This document shows, one piece after another, positions 47,532-59,958 of a DNA stretch of 64,000 nucleotides. The stretch is from contig CAWCNS010000005.1 in NCBI GenBank assembly GCA_963796965.1, positions 1,056,001 to 1,120,000 of the forward strand. The letters run 5' to 3'. A program made the translations under genes and the position numbers. The notes beneath the pieces were generated by a model, which saw only the letters and a program-made list of their open reading frames with translations, searched no databases and was not told the origin of the DNA. Source of the stretch: Calditrichia bacterium. Its GTDB lineage: Bacteria; Calditrichota; Calditrichia; JAJRVZ01. Numbering within the stretch: position 1 is the first letter of the stretch; each line of letters opens with the position of its first letter.

Positions 47532-48723
47532 TTGGACTTATTTCAAAAGGCATATGATTTTACACGAGCAGATGAAATAAAAGCAGCTGGATTTTATCCC
47601 TATTTCAGACCGATTGAAGAAAATGAAGGTCCTGTAGTCAGAATTGAAGGCAGAGAAATTGTTATGGCTGGATCAAACAACTATCTCGGATTAACGGCTC
47701 ATCCAAAAGTAAAAGAAGCGGCAATCAAAGCCATTGAAAAGTATGGTACAGGTTGTTCCGGATCACGATATTTAACCGGAACTATTGATTTCCATGTTGA
47801 ACTTGAAGAAAAACTGGCAAAATTCTTAAACAAAGAGGCTGTGCTGTTATTTAGCACAGGTTATCAAACTGCCCAGGGAATCATCCCAACCTTTGTCCAG
47901 CGTGGTGAATATGTTATTTCTGACAGGGATAATCATGCCTGTATTGTTGCAGGGAATTTGATGGCTAAGAGCATTACTGCAAATGTGCTTCGTTACCGTC
48001 ATATGGAAATGGATGATTTGGAAAGAGTTATTAAAAGAGTACCGCTGGAAAGTGGAAAATTAATCGTAAGTGATGGTGTATTTAGTACGGGTGGCGAGAT
48101 AGTTGATCTTCCCAGAATGAATGAACTCGCAAAGAAATATAATGCCAGGTTACTCATTGATGATGCCCATTCCGTAGGTGTAATCGGCGAAGGTGGCCGG
48201 GGTACGCCAAGCGAATTTGGATTAGAAAACGAAGTGGACATTTCCATGGGGACTTTCAGCAAAACATTTGGGTCCCTCGGGGGATTTGTTGCTTCGGAAG
48301 CAAAAGTGATTGATTATATTAAACATCATGCTGCCGCACTAATTTTTAGTGCATCACCGACTCCTTCGTCCGTAGCTGCAGCAATGGCGGCTCTGGAAAT
48401 ATTGATCGAGGAACCTGAGCGGGTTGATCAATTAATCAAAAATGCACAATAACATGCGTACGGAATTGATAGATGCCGGTTTTAATGTTCTCGATGGAAG
48501 AACCGGAATAGTTCCAGTAATTATTGGTGATGATATGATTGCCTTTAAAATGTGGCGTATGCTTTATGATTTCGGTGTATTTGTCAATGTATTTATTTCT
48601 CCCGGGGTTCCTCAGGGCAGACAAATGATGCGTACCAGTTATATGGCTACACATGAAGAAGAACATCTTAATATTATAATTGATGCCTTTAAGAAAAGTG
48701 GTAAAGAACTAGGATTGATCTGA
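47532..48723 (+). CDS. spt: Alpha-oxoamine synthase, probable serine palmitoyltransferase (frameshifted)
   Basis: [30 protein letters not shown]-Lys motif [13 protein letters not shown] before TTG at 47532; frameshift near 48448. Confidence 0.75.
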
Positions 48724-48874
48724 AGAATCAAGATTATAAAATTAACAATTGCTGGTAATTGGTAATAACGTAGTTAGATTCTGTAGGTGAGTAGTATTGA
48801 CAGAACATGTTATAAAATTGCATTAATTTAATTATTCTTAAGGCTAATAACCATTCATTCTAAAGAAGGTATAT

Positions 48875-49996
48875 ATGAGTGATATAGAAATTCGCACCGT
48901 TTCATCGAAAAAAGAGTTGATGCAATTTATAAAATTGCCGTGGAAAATATATAAAGATGATCCACATTGGGTACCACCTCTCATCATGGATCGAAAAAAT
49001 ATTCTGGATAAAAAGAAAAATCCATTTTTTCAACATGCTGAGATGGAACTATTTCTGGCCTTTAAAAATGGTGAACTTGTTGGGCGTATTGCTGCCATTA
49101 CCAATGAAAATCATAATAAATTTCATGAAGATAATATTGGTTTTTTCGGATTTTTTGAATCTATTGATGATGCAGGTCAGTCAAAGCTTTATTTGATAAG
49201 GTGACCAGTGGTTAAAAGAAAAGGGTAAAGATGGCGTACTCGGTCCATTGAATCCTTCCACCAATGATGAAGTGGGATTGTTAATTGATGGTTTTGATAC
49301 CCCACCCTATGTAATGATGTGTCATAATCCAGCGTATTACATCCAGTCTGGTTGAAAATCATGGATATGAAAAGCCAAGGATATGTATGCCTGGTTTCTC
49401 GATATTCGTGGCATGAAAATTCCGGAAAAATCATGCGTGTGGCAGAGCAAGTCGTGAAAAAATATGGATTGACGATCAGAAATATTAAAATGAAAAATAT
49501 GGAAAAGGAGATTCAAAATATTCGCGATGTATATAATGATGCCTGGAGTCGAAATTGGGGATTTGTACCATTTACAGATGCAGAAATTGAACATCTTGCT
49601 ACTGACTTGAAACAATTGCCATGAAGAATTTGTTGTTCTTGCCTTTAAAGGATGATCGCCCCATAGGTTTTTCACTCACTCTTCCAAATATCAATGAAAT
49701 TCTAATCAACAACAAAAGTGGCCGTTTATTTCCGACTGGTCTGTTTAAACTGATGACGGAATGAAAAAAATTCAAAACGGTTCGTACAATCACACTGGGC
49801 ATCGTAAAGGATTTTCAACATATAGGTTTAGGAACAGTATTGTATACTGAATCTCATTGAGCGGGCTCAACGAAGAGGACTTATTGGTGGCGAAATGTCA
49901 TGGGTATTGGAAGATAATGATGCGATGAATCGTCCGATTGAACTAATGGGTTCAAAAAAGTATAAAATTTATCGAGTTTATCAGAAGAAATTATGA
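48875..49996 (+). CDS. GNAT-fold protein resembling bacterial ceramide synthase (several frameshifts)
   Basis: FIKLPWKIYKDDPHWVPPL, NPFFQH, VGRIAA, GFFGFFES, YNDAWSRNWGFVP and EMSWVLEDN across successive frames. Confidence 0.75.
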
Positions 49997-50025
49997 AACT
50001 TTTATCCTCTGTTAAAAAATAAGCT

Positions 50026-50058
50026 AAAAAAAAAACCGGGCCAGGCCCGGTTTTTTTT
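50026..50058. terminator. Bidirectional intrinsic terminator
   Basis: A-tract, ccgggcc-a-ggcccgg, T-tract between convergent genes. Confidence 0.88.
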
Positions 50059-50071
50059 AATCTAAATGAGA

Positions 50072-50308
50072 TTAATATTCATCCTCATGATATAAATCTG
50101 AATCTGCTGTAAAAGCAGTCGAATTGAATTTTTTCTCTTTCTGACAAAAATCGAAAAATTCACAATCATGACATTCATAATCATCACAATTTTCCATATC
50201 TTCACAAGTACCGTTTAAATCAAGGACTATACTTTCACGATAGCATAAATTGTCATGATTATAATGACAATCTGTGCAACCACAAGTTAGATTTTCAAAA
50301 TAGGCCAT
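50072..50308 (-). CDS. Small acidic Cys-rich protein (78 aa)
   Basis: GGGAGG RBS before ATG at 50308; 9 Cys. Confidence 0.75.
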   Translation of the reverse strand: MAYFENLTCGCTDCHYNHDNLCYRESIVLDLNGTCEDMENCDDYECHDCEFFDFCQKEKKFNSTAFTADSDLYHEDEY

Positions 50309-50339
50309 TAGGAGCCTCCCTATGCTGAAGATAGTATTT

Positions 50340-51176
50340 CTAATGATATTCACCTTCATCATGTTCCCGTAGATATTTAGATCCTTCTTCGAGTAATTCT
50401 TTTTCCTCATCAGTAAGATTTAAATATCCAACTCTGTTAATTTTATCTAAAAGTTCATCTATTTTTTTTCGATAATACTCACTTTTTCATCACCGCTTTT
50501 TGTTAAGGTTTTTGTCTGCGTGAATTTCTTAGGCGGTTGTTGAAACATTGATTTCAATTTGTAGAACTGGTGCCAATATTTTAAATACACAAATCCGACT
50601 ACCATTCCACCTAAATGTGCAGCATGGGCAATACCATCACCTTGTGCGTTCCAGGTACTCATAAAGGAAACAATGGCCAGAAAACCAACCATATATTTTA
50701 CTTTGACCGGAAAGAGAAAATATATATATACATGGCGATCTGGATACCGAATGGCATAAGCAACCATAATCCCATAAACGGCACCGGAGGCTCCCACAGT
50801 ACCGGGGTAGCTTGGATCACTGGAAGTTAATAGTATATTGATCAAACCGGCACCAATACCGCAAATAAAATAATATTTTAAAAATTGTTTACTCCCCCAT
50901 TCCATCTCCAGTTCAGTTCCAAACATCCAGAAGACAAACATATTAAAAAAGATATGCCAAAAATCGCCGTGAAGAAACATATAAGTAAATAATTGCCATA
51001 TCTTGAACTGATACAGGACATCGTAGGCATGTAAGGCAAAGGTACTTGATATAATAGTATCCCAGTTGTCGATTGAGTACCGACATCAAGAAAATAATTC
51101 CATTTGCAAATAGAATATTTTTGACAGCCGGGGTCAGCTGACCGCCAATTCCAAATCCTCTTTTTTGATAATTCAT
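50340..51176 (-). CDS. Rhomboid intramembrane serine protease (frameshifted)
   Basis: FLHGDFWHIFFNM, GASGA, AHLGG; C-terminal DELLDKINRVG domain in another frame. Confidence 0.9.
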
Positions 51177-51429
51177 AGTGCCTTTATATAAATAACTTTT
51201 AGTAACAATGCAATAGTAATTTTGCTCAATTTTAATTTGAATATATTTTTAATATGATCAAATTCTTAGCCATAGAGGACACAGAGATAAAACTATAATT
51301 ATATTGGAATTATCGATTACCAAATCATGTCTATTTCAAATATCTCTACAAACTTATCCAAATACTTAATATTATTAATGTTGGATTCACTCTGTGCTCT
51401 CTGTGTTAAAAGAACTAACACAAATACCA

Positions 51430-52881
<1,452 letters not shown>

Positions 52882-52948
52882 TCACTTCTTTTAATTAAAA
52901 AAAATTCGAATTTCGATCATCGAATCTCGAATTCTTTTACTCAAAGAG

Positions 52949-53022
52949 TACGCCTGGAGGGAATCGAACCCCCAACCTTTGGAACCGGAATCCAACGCTC
53001 TATCCAATTGAGCTACAGGCGC
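52949..53022 (-). tRNA. tRNA-Arg (CCG)
   Basis: GCGCCTGTAGCTCAATTGGATAGAGCG-TTGGA-TT CCG GT-TCCAA-AGGTTGGGGGTTCGATTCCCTCCAGGCGTA. Confidence 0.96.
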
Positions 53023-53370
53023 AACCCTAAAAATTTATTCAAATATTGCAGATTAATTACTATACATCCCCAATGAGCGGCAAATATATTTAACGCCCCG
53101 TTGAATGTCAAGTAAAAAAGAATTCTTTTTTGGTCTAATCTTAGTTATTTATTTCTTCTCTTTATGCCCCTATTAGGAAGGTAAAAATATGATACGGTGG
53201 AATTTTAATATGAGGATAAGAATTTATAGATTTTTTATACTTATAAATAAATATTCTAATTCGTGAAAATTGCTGTCAGTCCTTGCCTGATCCGGCGGAG
53301 ACGGATAATTCGTGGACTTTTTTTTTGATTGTCCCCATGAATCGGGATACTGCAGTACGAATAGATCAGT

Positions 53371-55158
53371 CTAAAAATTATTAATAATCCCGAAATGGAT
53401 TTTACCAGTAGAGAAGGTATCACCCCGGCCGATCCCGAAATCGACACCCATGATGCCCAGAGGAGAATCAAAACGTATGCCGACACCATACCCTGGGATG
53501 ACATCATTTACCTTTATGAACCCATCTCTGAATTCATAATAACCCCAATCATTAAAGATGAATATTCTTGAATTGCGGCCCACAATAAAACGATACTCCA
53601 GATTTACCCATGAAACAGATGTCCCATGGAATTGATCTTCACGATAACCACGCACCGTACCAAATCCACCAAACCAGAAATGATCTGATAATTGCAATTG
53701 ATTCTTATCTCCCTGGATATGTGCACCATGCAATTCAAGGGCAAAGACCTGATTGGACCATAGCGGTTGGTAATAACCAAGGTCGACCTGAAGGGTCTTT
53801 AGATTCTCAAGTAAGGCGAGACTATCCTCTTCGATGACATATGCAGGGCCTGTATTCTTTTTTAATCCATACTTAAATAAGGCGCTGTAATTAACACCAC
53901 TTCTGGGATTTATCGGGTAATCGCGCGTATCGTAGGCCACCCCCATTTCCCCATTTGAGATTGTATTTCTGGTCATCCGTAGATTACGACTTGCTGTAGA
54001 GTCCGGAAATACTTCCTCATGGCTAAACCGGAAATAGGCTTTAAACTCTGAGGAGAGCATGATGACAGAGTTCAGAAAATATTTTTGTTCTATATAGGTA
54101 GTATCCCGGACCAGTCTCTCCAGCCCCACACCAAGATTTAATGGCATATCGAATACCCAGGGTTCCTCATAAAAGATCCGAAACTGTTCTGAAAAGGGAT
54201 CTGGTTTTCGCCAGTGAACTTCAAATTTTCTACCCGTGCCAAAAAGATTTTTAAAATTTAAATTCAGCAGACCGGTAAAATATCCCTCGTTAAGATTTTG
54301 GTTCGATTCCGCGGGGATATAACCAACAACACCATCAAATGTTGTGGTGTTGCCCTCTTCGACCTCGATGAGCAAATCTGCTCTGTTCCCTTTTAGGTTT
54401 ACAATTTTAACACCCGCAACATTATTAAAATATCCAAGTCGGTTCAATTTTCCTGGAATGGCATCAATTCTCTCTTGATCATAAGGATCATTTGATTGCA
54501 CATCAATTTCACGCAATATTACCTCAGGCTTGGTAACGTCATTACCTGTTATCCGAATCTGATTAATAAAGATCTGAGGACCGGGATCGACAAAAATAGA
54601 GATATCTAGAAATCTTTCTGAATCATCTGACCTCAAGTTTGTATTAGCTACGTTTATAATAGCCAGTGGATAACCATTATCAGCAAAAAACCTGGAGACA
54701 GTTTTTAATTCTGCCTCAACCTCTTCAATGCGATAAATATCCCCAATGGAGAGATCCAGACGATTATATAGTTCCTCTTTATCCAGAGAATCAATCTGTA
54801 TCGTCACTTTTCCAAGCCTGACAATCTGACCCTCATTTAAATACCAGGTTAGATCCAATCTGTTGTCTTCTTCGGTTTCTGCAAAAACAACAGAATCTAT
54901 CCGGGCATATAAATATCCTTCAGCCTGATAAGCATCGATAACTTTTTTATTGATTGCTTCGACCACGAGAGGGTTAATCATGTTTTCAACAAGTACTTCC
55001 CCCCATTCAGCTAATTGGCCATCACTAAAACGTTTATTACCTTCAAAATTATAACGATCCAATATCTGCTGCCCTATTCCCTGGGTAACAAAGGATAAAA
55101 GAAAGATGGTTAAACATGTCAACGCATGCTGTTTCATAAAATTACCGTATCGTTCCAT
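53371..55158 (-). CDS. Omp85 (BamA/TamA-like) protein
   Basis: POTRA motifs (FEGNKRFSD, ITGNDVTKPEVILRE), the TVRGY barrel motif, C-terminal Phe. Confidence 0.9.
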   Translation of the reverse strand: MERYGNFMKQHALTCLTIFLLSFVTQGIGQQILDRYNFEGNKRFSDGQLAEWGEVLVENMINPLVVEAINKKVIDAYQAEGYLYARIDSVVFAETEEDNRLDLTWYLNEGQIVRLGKVTIQIDSLDKEELYNRLDLSIGDIYRIEEVEAELKTVSRFFADNGYPLAIINVANTNLRSDDSERFLDISIFVDPGPQIFINQIRITGNDVTKPEVILREIDVQSNDPYDQERIDAIPGKLNRLGYFNNVAGVKIVNLKGNRADLLIEVEEGNTTTFDGVVGYIPAESNQNLNEGYFTGLLNLNFKNLFGTGRKFEVHWRKPDPFSEQFRIFYEEPWVFDMPLNLGVGLERLVRDTTYIEQKYFLNSVIMLSSEFKAYFRFSHEEVFPDSTASRNLRMTRNTISNGEMGVAYDTRDYPINPRSGVNYSALFKYGLKKNTGPAYVIEEDSLALLENLKTLQVDLGYYQPLWSNQVFALELHGAHIQGDKNQLQLSDHFWFGGFGTVRGYREDQFHGTSVSWVNLEYRFIVGRNSRIFIFNDWGYYEFRDGFIKVNDVIPGYGVGIRFDSPLGIMGVDFGIGRGDTFSTGKIHFGIINNF

Positions 55159-55288
55159 TTCTATAATAGATGACTATATTCCATTTCGTTGATATCCCGT
55201 CCCGGAACGAGATCCCGTCTCGGGGCAGGAACCCTCCTTCATAATAATTATTATTAGTTTTGAAGGCGTTTAAATTCTTCTCCGGGAT

Positions 55289-58200
55289 TTAAAAATAAGC
55301 CCTTATCTCTGCCTGACCGCTATGAATAATCTTTTCAAATTGTGCATCGTCACGACCTAAATAATAAAGTGATATTACCACATTCTGTGCAATTGTGTAT
55401 TCACCACGTATCTGCCAGTTTTTACTGATCCCCTCTTTCTTGCCACGGGCCATCTCGAACGGAACACTGGCACCGGTTGGATTGCGATTAATATTTACCA
55501 ATTGATAATCAAAGGACGTACTAATTTTTCCCTTACCAAGAAGGGCATAATTTGCGCGAAGCAATGAGCGCAGATAACTAATTTCCAGATCCTTTTGATT
55601 TGCATCATCAGTTTCCAAACCATATTCAGTTTCTATACCAAATTCCCAATTGAGATCGGGACGATATGAGAAATTTTGCAAAAAAATCAGTGAATTTATA
55701 TCCCTATCCCTTACAATATTGGCTCTATTTTCTCTGAATGTCAGGATGTTTTTTACTTCAGATTGTGCTTTTAATTTTTCGAGAATGCGATAATTGGCAA
55801 ACAAACTACGTTCAATGTTGAGCCTTTTTTCATTATCGTTTGGATCCAGGTATTGATTGAAGAGATCATCGCGGTATCTATACCTGAAGCGAAACGAGTG
55901 ATTGCGGTTACGGCGCATAAAATGTAAGTCCTGATTAAATACAAAACTTCCACGCACGGTATTAGGCCCCTGAAAAGTAGACAACTTTAAAAAGTACAGA
56001 TTTGAAAGTGTCGTATCTTTAGATACTTCTTCAATTCTAAAATAGGAATCACTATTTAATTGAGAAATAAATTTTGAAAGTATCGATACTGGCTTACTAA
56101 GAATCCGGCGTGGGTCGATAACCAATCGCAGCGACGTCCCAAGATCCGCCATTGGTTCAAAACTCCCTGTGGGGACAATGAAAAGGATATATTGACCATT
56201 TGGATCCGGTACATATTCACCGAGGCTTTCGTCATATCTAAAATTACCCCGCCCTTCACCCACATCGATATATACTTTTTCTTTCAAGGCGACCTGTCCC
56301 ACCGATAAGCGATATTGCCATTGTAAATCAAGCGCCCGGTTCCACTGATAATTTTTCAACATCATTTCGATAAGATTGGTTTTACGGTCCTGCCAAACCG
56401 TATCCTGAAGTGCAAATTGCAGATAATTGAGTTTGACAGAGTCTACGGCTTCATTTTCAAAGAAAGGGGTATAATCTTTCTCACGAATCACCACCTGAGC
56501 ATAGCCGCTCGTATGGTTCCATTCGGCTAAATTTAAACGAAAACGACCGGTTTTACTGGTGGCTTGTGGAATTTTGGCACCACTTCTGTCGGGATCATAG
56601 ACTTCATCTTTTCTCTCATTGTACTGCAATTCGCCAGATAAAATTGAATGATTAATCAATTTAATACGACCACCAAGATCTCTGAATGAAAAACCATTGG
56701 TAACCCCTGACTCTTTAATTTTTCTATCTTCTGCATGATATAACAATCCTGGTTGAAAGATGCCTATATCTTTATTCACGTCGCCCTTCTGTTTATACCA
56801 GTCGATATTGGTATTATCCTGTTTACTATTAAGTAGTTCCAGAGTCACAAATCCTCTTAGCCAGTTTTGCTTATCCCATTTTGCATTTCCATGATAACGC
56901 AACGAGTTAAAATCATTTCTTCTGAACTTACCAACCTCTCCGGATAATGTAATCCATTCCCATGGGAGATAGGAGGATTTGAATTCAACACTCTCCTCTT
57001 CATTTACCTGCCCCGTCTCCGGCAAGAGATTCCAGTACGTCACCAGATCTGGTTGGTTGATACGATCAATAGGTTGAAATTTTTTATCCACATTTTTTCC
57101 ATCAAGGTTAAAGGAAAAATTTCCAAATTCCTTGCCACCCAGAGTTAAGGTTACCGGATCAAGCCTTGCGGATAATTTGTAAGCATGACCTTGATTATTT
57201 TTATCACCATAGGGTGACAATTTATTTTTATCCAACATAGACACAGCTGCTTCTGCCTTTACCCTGAATACTTTACCAAATAAATATTCTAACTGTGCGT
57301 CTAAAAGCTGGTGTTCACTCGGCAATGGCAGAAGTTCAACGGGTAAATAGGCGCCCTTGTTTATACCTACCCAGCGATAGATTCCAAGACTCTCGCGGGT
57401 ATAATCTCCATTTCCCTGGCCCACAGAAGAGAAGACAACATTATAATCACCATTAAATTGTCCAACATAATCATAATAGATATAATTTGAGTCGAGAATA
57501 GTCGTATCTACTTGAGAATAATATCCAAGACTGTCACCTACATAGGTAGCCCCATCCACATATGCTGCCAGGGGATCATCACCAGCTTCGCGAATCTTTT
57601 CCAGCTCTTCCTCGGAAAGATTACCCTCGGATTCGAGTATCTTTTGCGGATCGTCTCCCTCATTAAAATAGGATACCCTGAAATTCAGAGCCTTGTTAAA
57701 GAAACTGCCTGTCGATAATCCAGAATAGACATTTCGGTTATATTTTTGTGTTGCCGGAAAATATTCGAAATCAATTTCAATTCTGGATTCACTCGTGATC
57801 AACTGTTTATTGGTAAAGGTTATCTGACCGTTTCCATATTCAATAACATAATCATTGTTCTCACCCCTTATTAGTTTTATCCCATCAATCCAGACCCTTT
57901 CAGTTCCCGCAAGTACAATAATATCCTTTTCACCATTTTTGCCAACAAGTTTATAAGGTCCCTGGTTACTTTCCTGACCTATGAGCGGATAGAAATGGTA
58001 AAAACCTCTGGTTGATGCCACACTGCCACCCAATTCAAAATCCTTATAATTCCCGGTGACACTAATTCCCTGGAGTTTTCTAGAATATGATCCAAATTGT
58101 GAGCGGCCATAATGAAGATTGAAATCTCCCAAGACGCCATTGACCCAGGGACTATTAAATTTTATGAACACCTGATCTATTTCGCGCAAAGTTTGTGTAT

Positions 58201-58792
58201 TTCCCTCCGGTTGTATGGGTGTGGAGGCATCAGTTAAAGCGGCAACAATTTCAAGATCATCTGTTAATTTACCCGACAATTGCAGGTTAAGTCCTGAATT
58301 CAGGGTCATATCCTTGTTACTACCAACATTAACACCCCGAACAATACTACCACTGCGTTTTAATCCTCCACCTACACCGGCAAATGGATTTTCAAAAACC
58401 GGTGTAACAATGGCTATACTATCTGAACTATCGGCAACAGTGGCAAGGGTGTCTAATTGAAAATACATATATTGCTGACGTAGAAGAACCGGTAGAATCT
58501 GATACGCGATTTTTATCGTATCCAGTGGATTTATATCAATAAAAAAAGTGAGCGAGTTATCAGGCTTTTGATAGCGGTATTCAAGTAAAAATTCAAGTTG
58601 TCGTTTGTTTAGGAAAACCCGGATAGATTGATCTATAATTCTATGATTTTTGGGAAACTCAAAATTCTTGGTCTTCTCTTCGGCCACAAAGACAGTATCC
58701 ACCTGCCAGGGATGATAGGCGTATTTATCCTGTGATAGACTCTGACTGATTAAAAGGAATAAGAGGATTAAAGGTAGAAATCGAAAGAACAA
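55289..58792 (-). CDS. Large hypothetical outer-membrane beta-barrel protein (1167 aa)
   Basis: Signal peptide, many amphipathic beta-strands, terminal beta-signal AEIRAYF. Confidence 0.75.
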   Translation of the reverse strand: MFFRFLPLILLFLLISQSLSQDKYAYHPWQVDTVFVAEEKTKNFEFPKNHRIIDQSIRVFLNKRQLEFLLEYRYQKPDNSLTFFIDINPLDTIKIAYQILPVLLRQQYMYFQLDTLATVADSSDSIAIVTPVFENPFAGVGGGLKRSGSIVRGVNVGSNKDMTLNSGLNLQLSGKLTDDLEIVAALTDASTPIQPEGNTQTLREIDQVFIKFNSPWVNGVLGDFNLHYGRSQFGSYSRKLQGISVTGNYKDFELGGSVASTRGFYHFYPLIGQESNQGPYKLVGKNGEKDIIVLAGTERVWIDGIKLIRGENNDYVIEYGNGQITFTNKQLITSESRIEIDFEYFPATQKYNRNVYSGLSTGSFFNKALNFRVSYFNEGDDPQKILESEGNLSEEELEKIREAGDDPLAAYVDGATYVGDSLGYYSQVDTTILDSNYIYYDYVGQFNGDYNVVFSSVGQGNGDYTRESLGIYRWVGINKGAYLPVELLPLPSEHQLLDAQLEYLFGKVFRVKAEAAVSMLDKNKLSPYGDKNNQGHAYKLSARLDPVTLTLGGKEFGNFSFNLDGKNVDKKFQPIDRINQPDLVTYWNLLPETGQVNEEESVEFKSSYLPWEWITLSGEVGKFRRNDFNSLRYHGNAKWDKQNWLRGFVTLELLNSKQDNTNIDWYKQKGDVNKDIGIFQPGLLYHAEDRKIKESGVTNGFSFRDLGGRIKLINHSILSGELQYNERKDEVYDPDRSGAKIPQATSKTGRFRLNLAEWNHTSGYAQVVIREKDYTPFFENEAVDSVKLNYLQFALQDTVWQDRKTNLIEMMLKNYQWNRALDLQWQYRLSVGQVALKEKVYIDVGEGRGNFRYDESLGEYVPDPNGQYILFIVPTGSFEPMADLGTSLRLVIDPRRILSKPVSILSKFISQLNSDSYFRIEEVSKDTTLSNLYFLKLSTFQGPNTVRGSFVFNQDLHFMRRNRNHSFRFRYRYRDDLFNQYLDPNDNEKRLNIERSLFANYRILEKLKAQSEVKNILTFRENRANIVRDRDINSLIFLQNFSYRPDLNWEFGIETEYGLETDDANQKDLEISYLRSLLRANYALLGKGKISTSFDYQLVNINRNPTGASVPFEMARGKKEGISKNWQIRGEYTIAQNVVISLYYLGRDDAQFEKIIHSGQAEIRAYF

Positions 58793-58799
58793 CGCTTAA

Positions 58800-59715
58800 C
58801 TACTCCTTTGGAGTGACCGCAACTCTTTCTGCAATAATAATTTCATCACCATCAATTATATAGAATCGCGTCTGTTTTCCTGTCTGGTGAATGGCCAAAT
58901 CAACCGGATCTGCAAAGGGAACACCTGAAACATGATGGAATTGGTTTAAAATCTTTCCAGCAGGTGTAAATTCAAAGATACTTTTGCTTTCAGGATCTGC
59001 CACATATATCCGGTTATTTCTATCCAAAGCAAGCCCCTTTGGATATTTAAAATCGGGATGCTCAATCCGGAACAAAAAATTACCAAAATAATCATATACA
59101 TTTAGTGCTTCTGCCTCAGCATCTGAAACTATTACTCGATGATCTGTTGAAAGTTCCAGTTGCTTCGGCCCGGTTAATTCACCCTGTCCGGAATCATAAA
59201 ATCCAAACAATGCCTCACCCTGGTCCTGATTATTGTATTTGATAACTTTATTCTCGCCCGCATCTAAAAGAAACAGATCGCCTTGCGAAGAATAGGCAAC
59301 ACTAAGTACTTGCAAAAACTGAAAATCTTCCCGTCCACCGGAACTAGATTTTCTTTTCACCAATAAAGTTCATATCCTTATCAAATCTTTGTACCCGTTG
59401 ATTATTATAATCGGCAATATAGATATTGATGGTTGAACGGGCCCAAATATCCATAGGCTGGTCAAACTTTTCTACAGCCCAGCCAAAACCACCCACATTT
59501 ATCCGAAACCTTCCCATCAAATCATAAATCTGTATCCGCTGATTGCCGGTATCGCAAATAAAAACCCGGCCATCGCCAGATATATCGAGTGCAGAGGGAT
59601 CAGAAAAATTCCCGGGCGCGTTTCCTGTGCCGCCAAACCTGCCCAATTCAACTAAATTCGGTTGCGCCCAACATAAAGACATAGCACAAATAAGAAAAGG
59701 TAATATTTTGATCAT
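58800..59715 (-). CDS. Exported NHL-repeat beta-propeller protein (frameshifted)
   Basis: Repeats such as FSDPSALDI...ICDTGNQRIQ and FKYPKGLAL..IYVAD; signal peptide; frameshift near 59350. Confidence 0.85.
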
Positions 59716-59958
59716 TAGTTTGCCCACTATTTATACTTGTTTCAAATTCTAATATCTAATCTCTAAATTCTAAACAAATTTAGAATCCGAACTCTCCCGA
59801 TAAAAAGTATCGTCCTCCCCCGTTTAACGGGGTCTTCGACAACCAATTGATCGGGACTAAATCTTCCAAGATTTAGCAAATTCCAAAATTCTGTATCCGG
59901 AATCGGTTATCCCATATCTCAAATCCCATATCCCGTATCTCATATCCGGATACTGGGA

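Noticed and set aside
47532..48723. bioF or kbl assignment
   Set aside because: The GTFSK motif and the neighbouring ceramide-synthase-like GNAT favour spt; not fully excluded without a tree.
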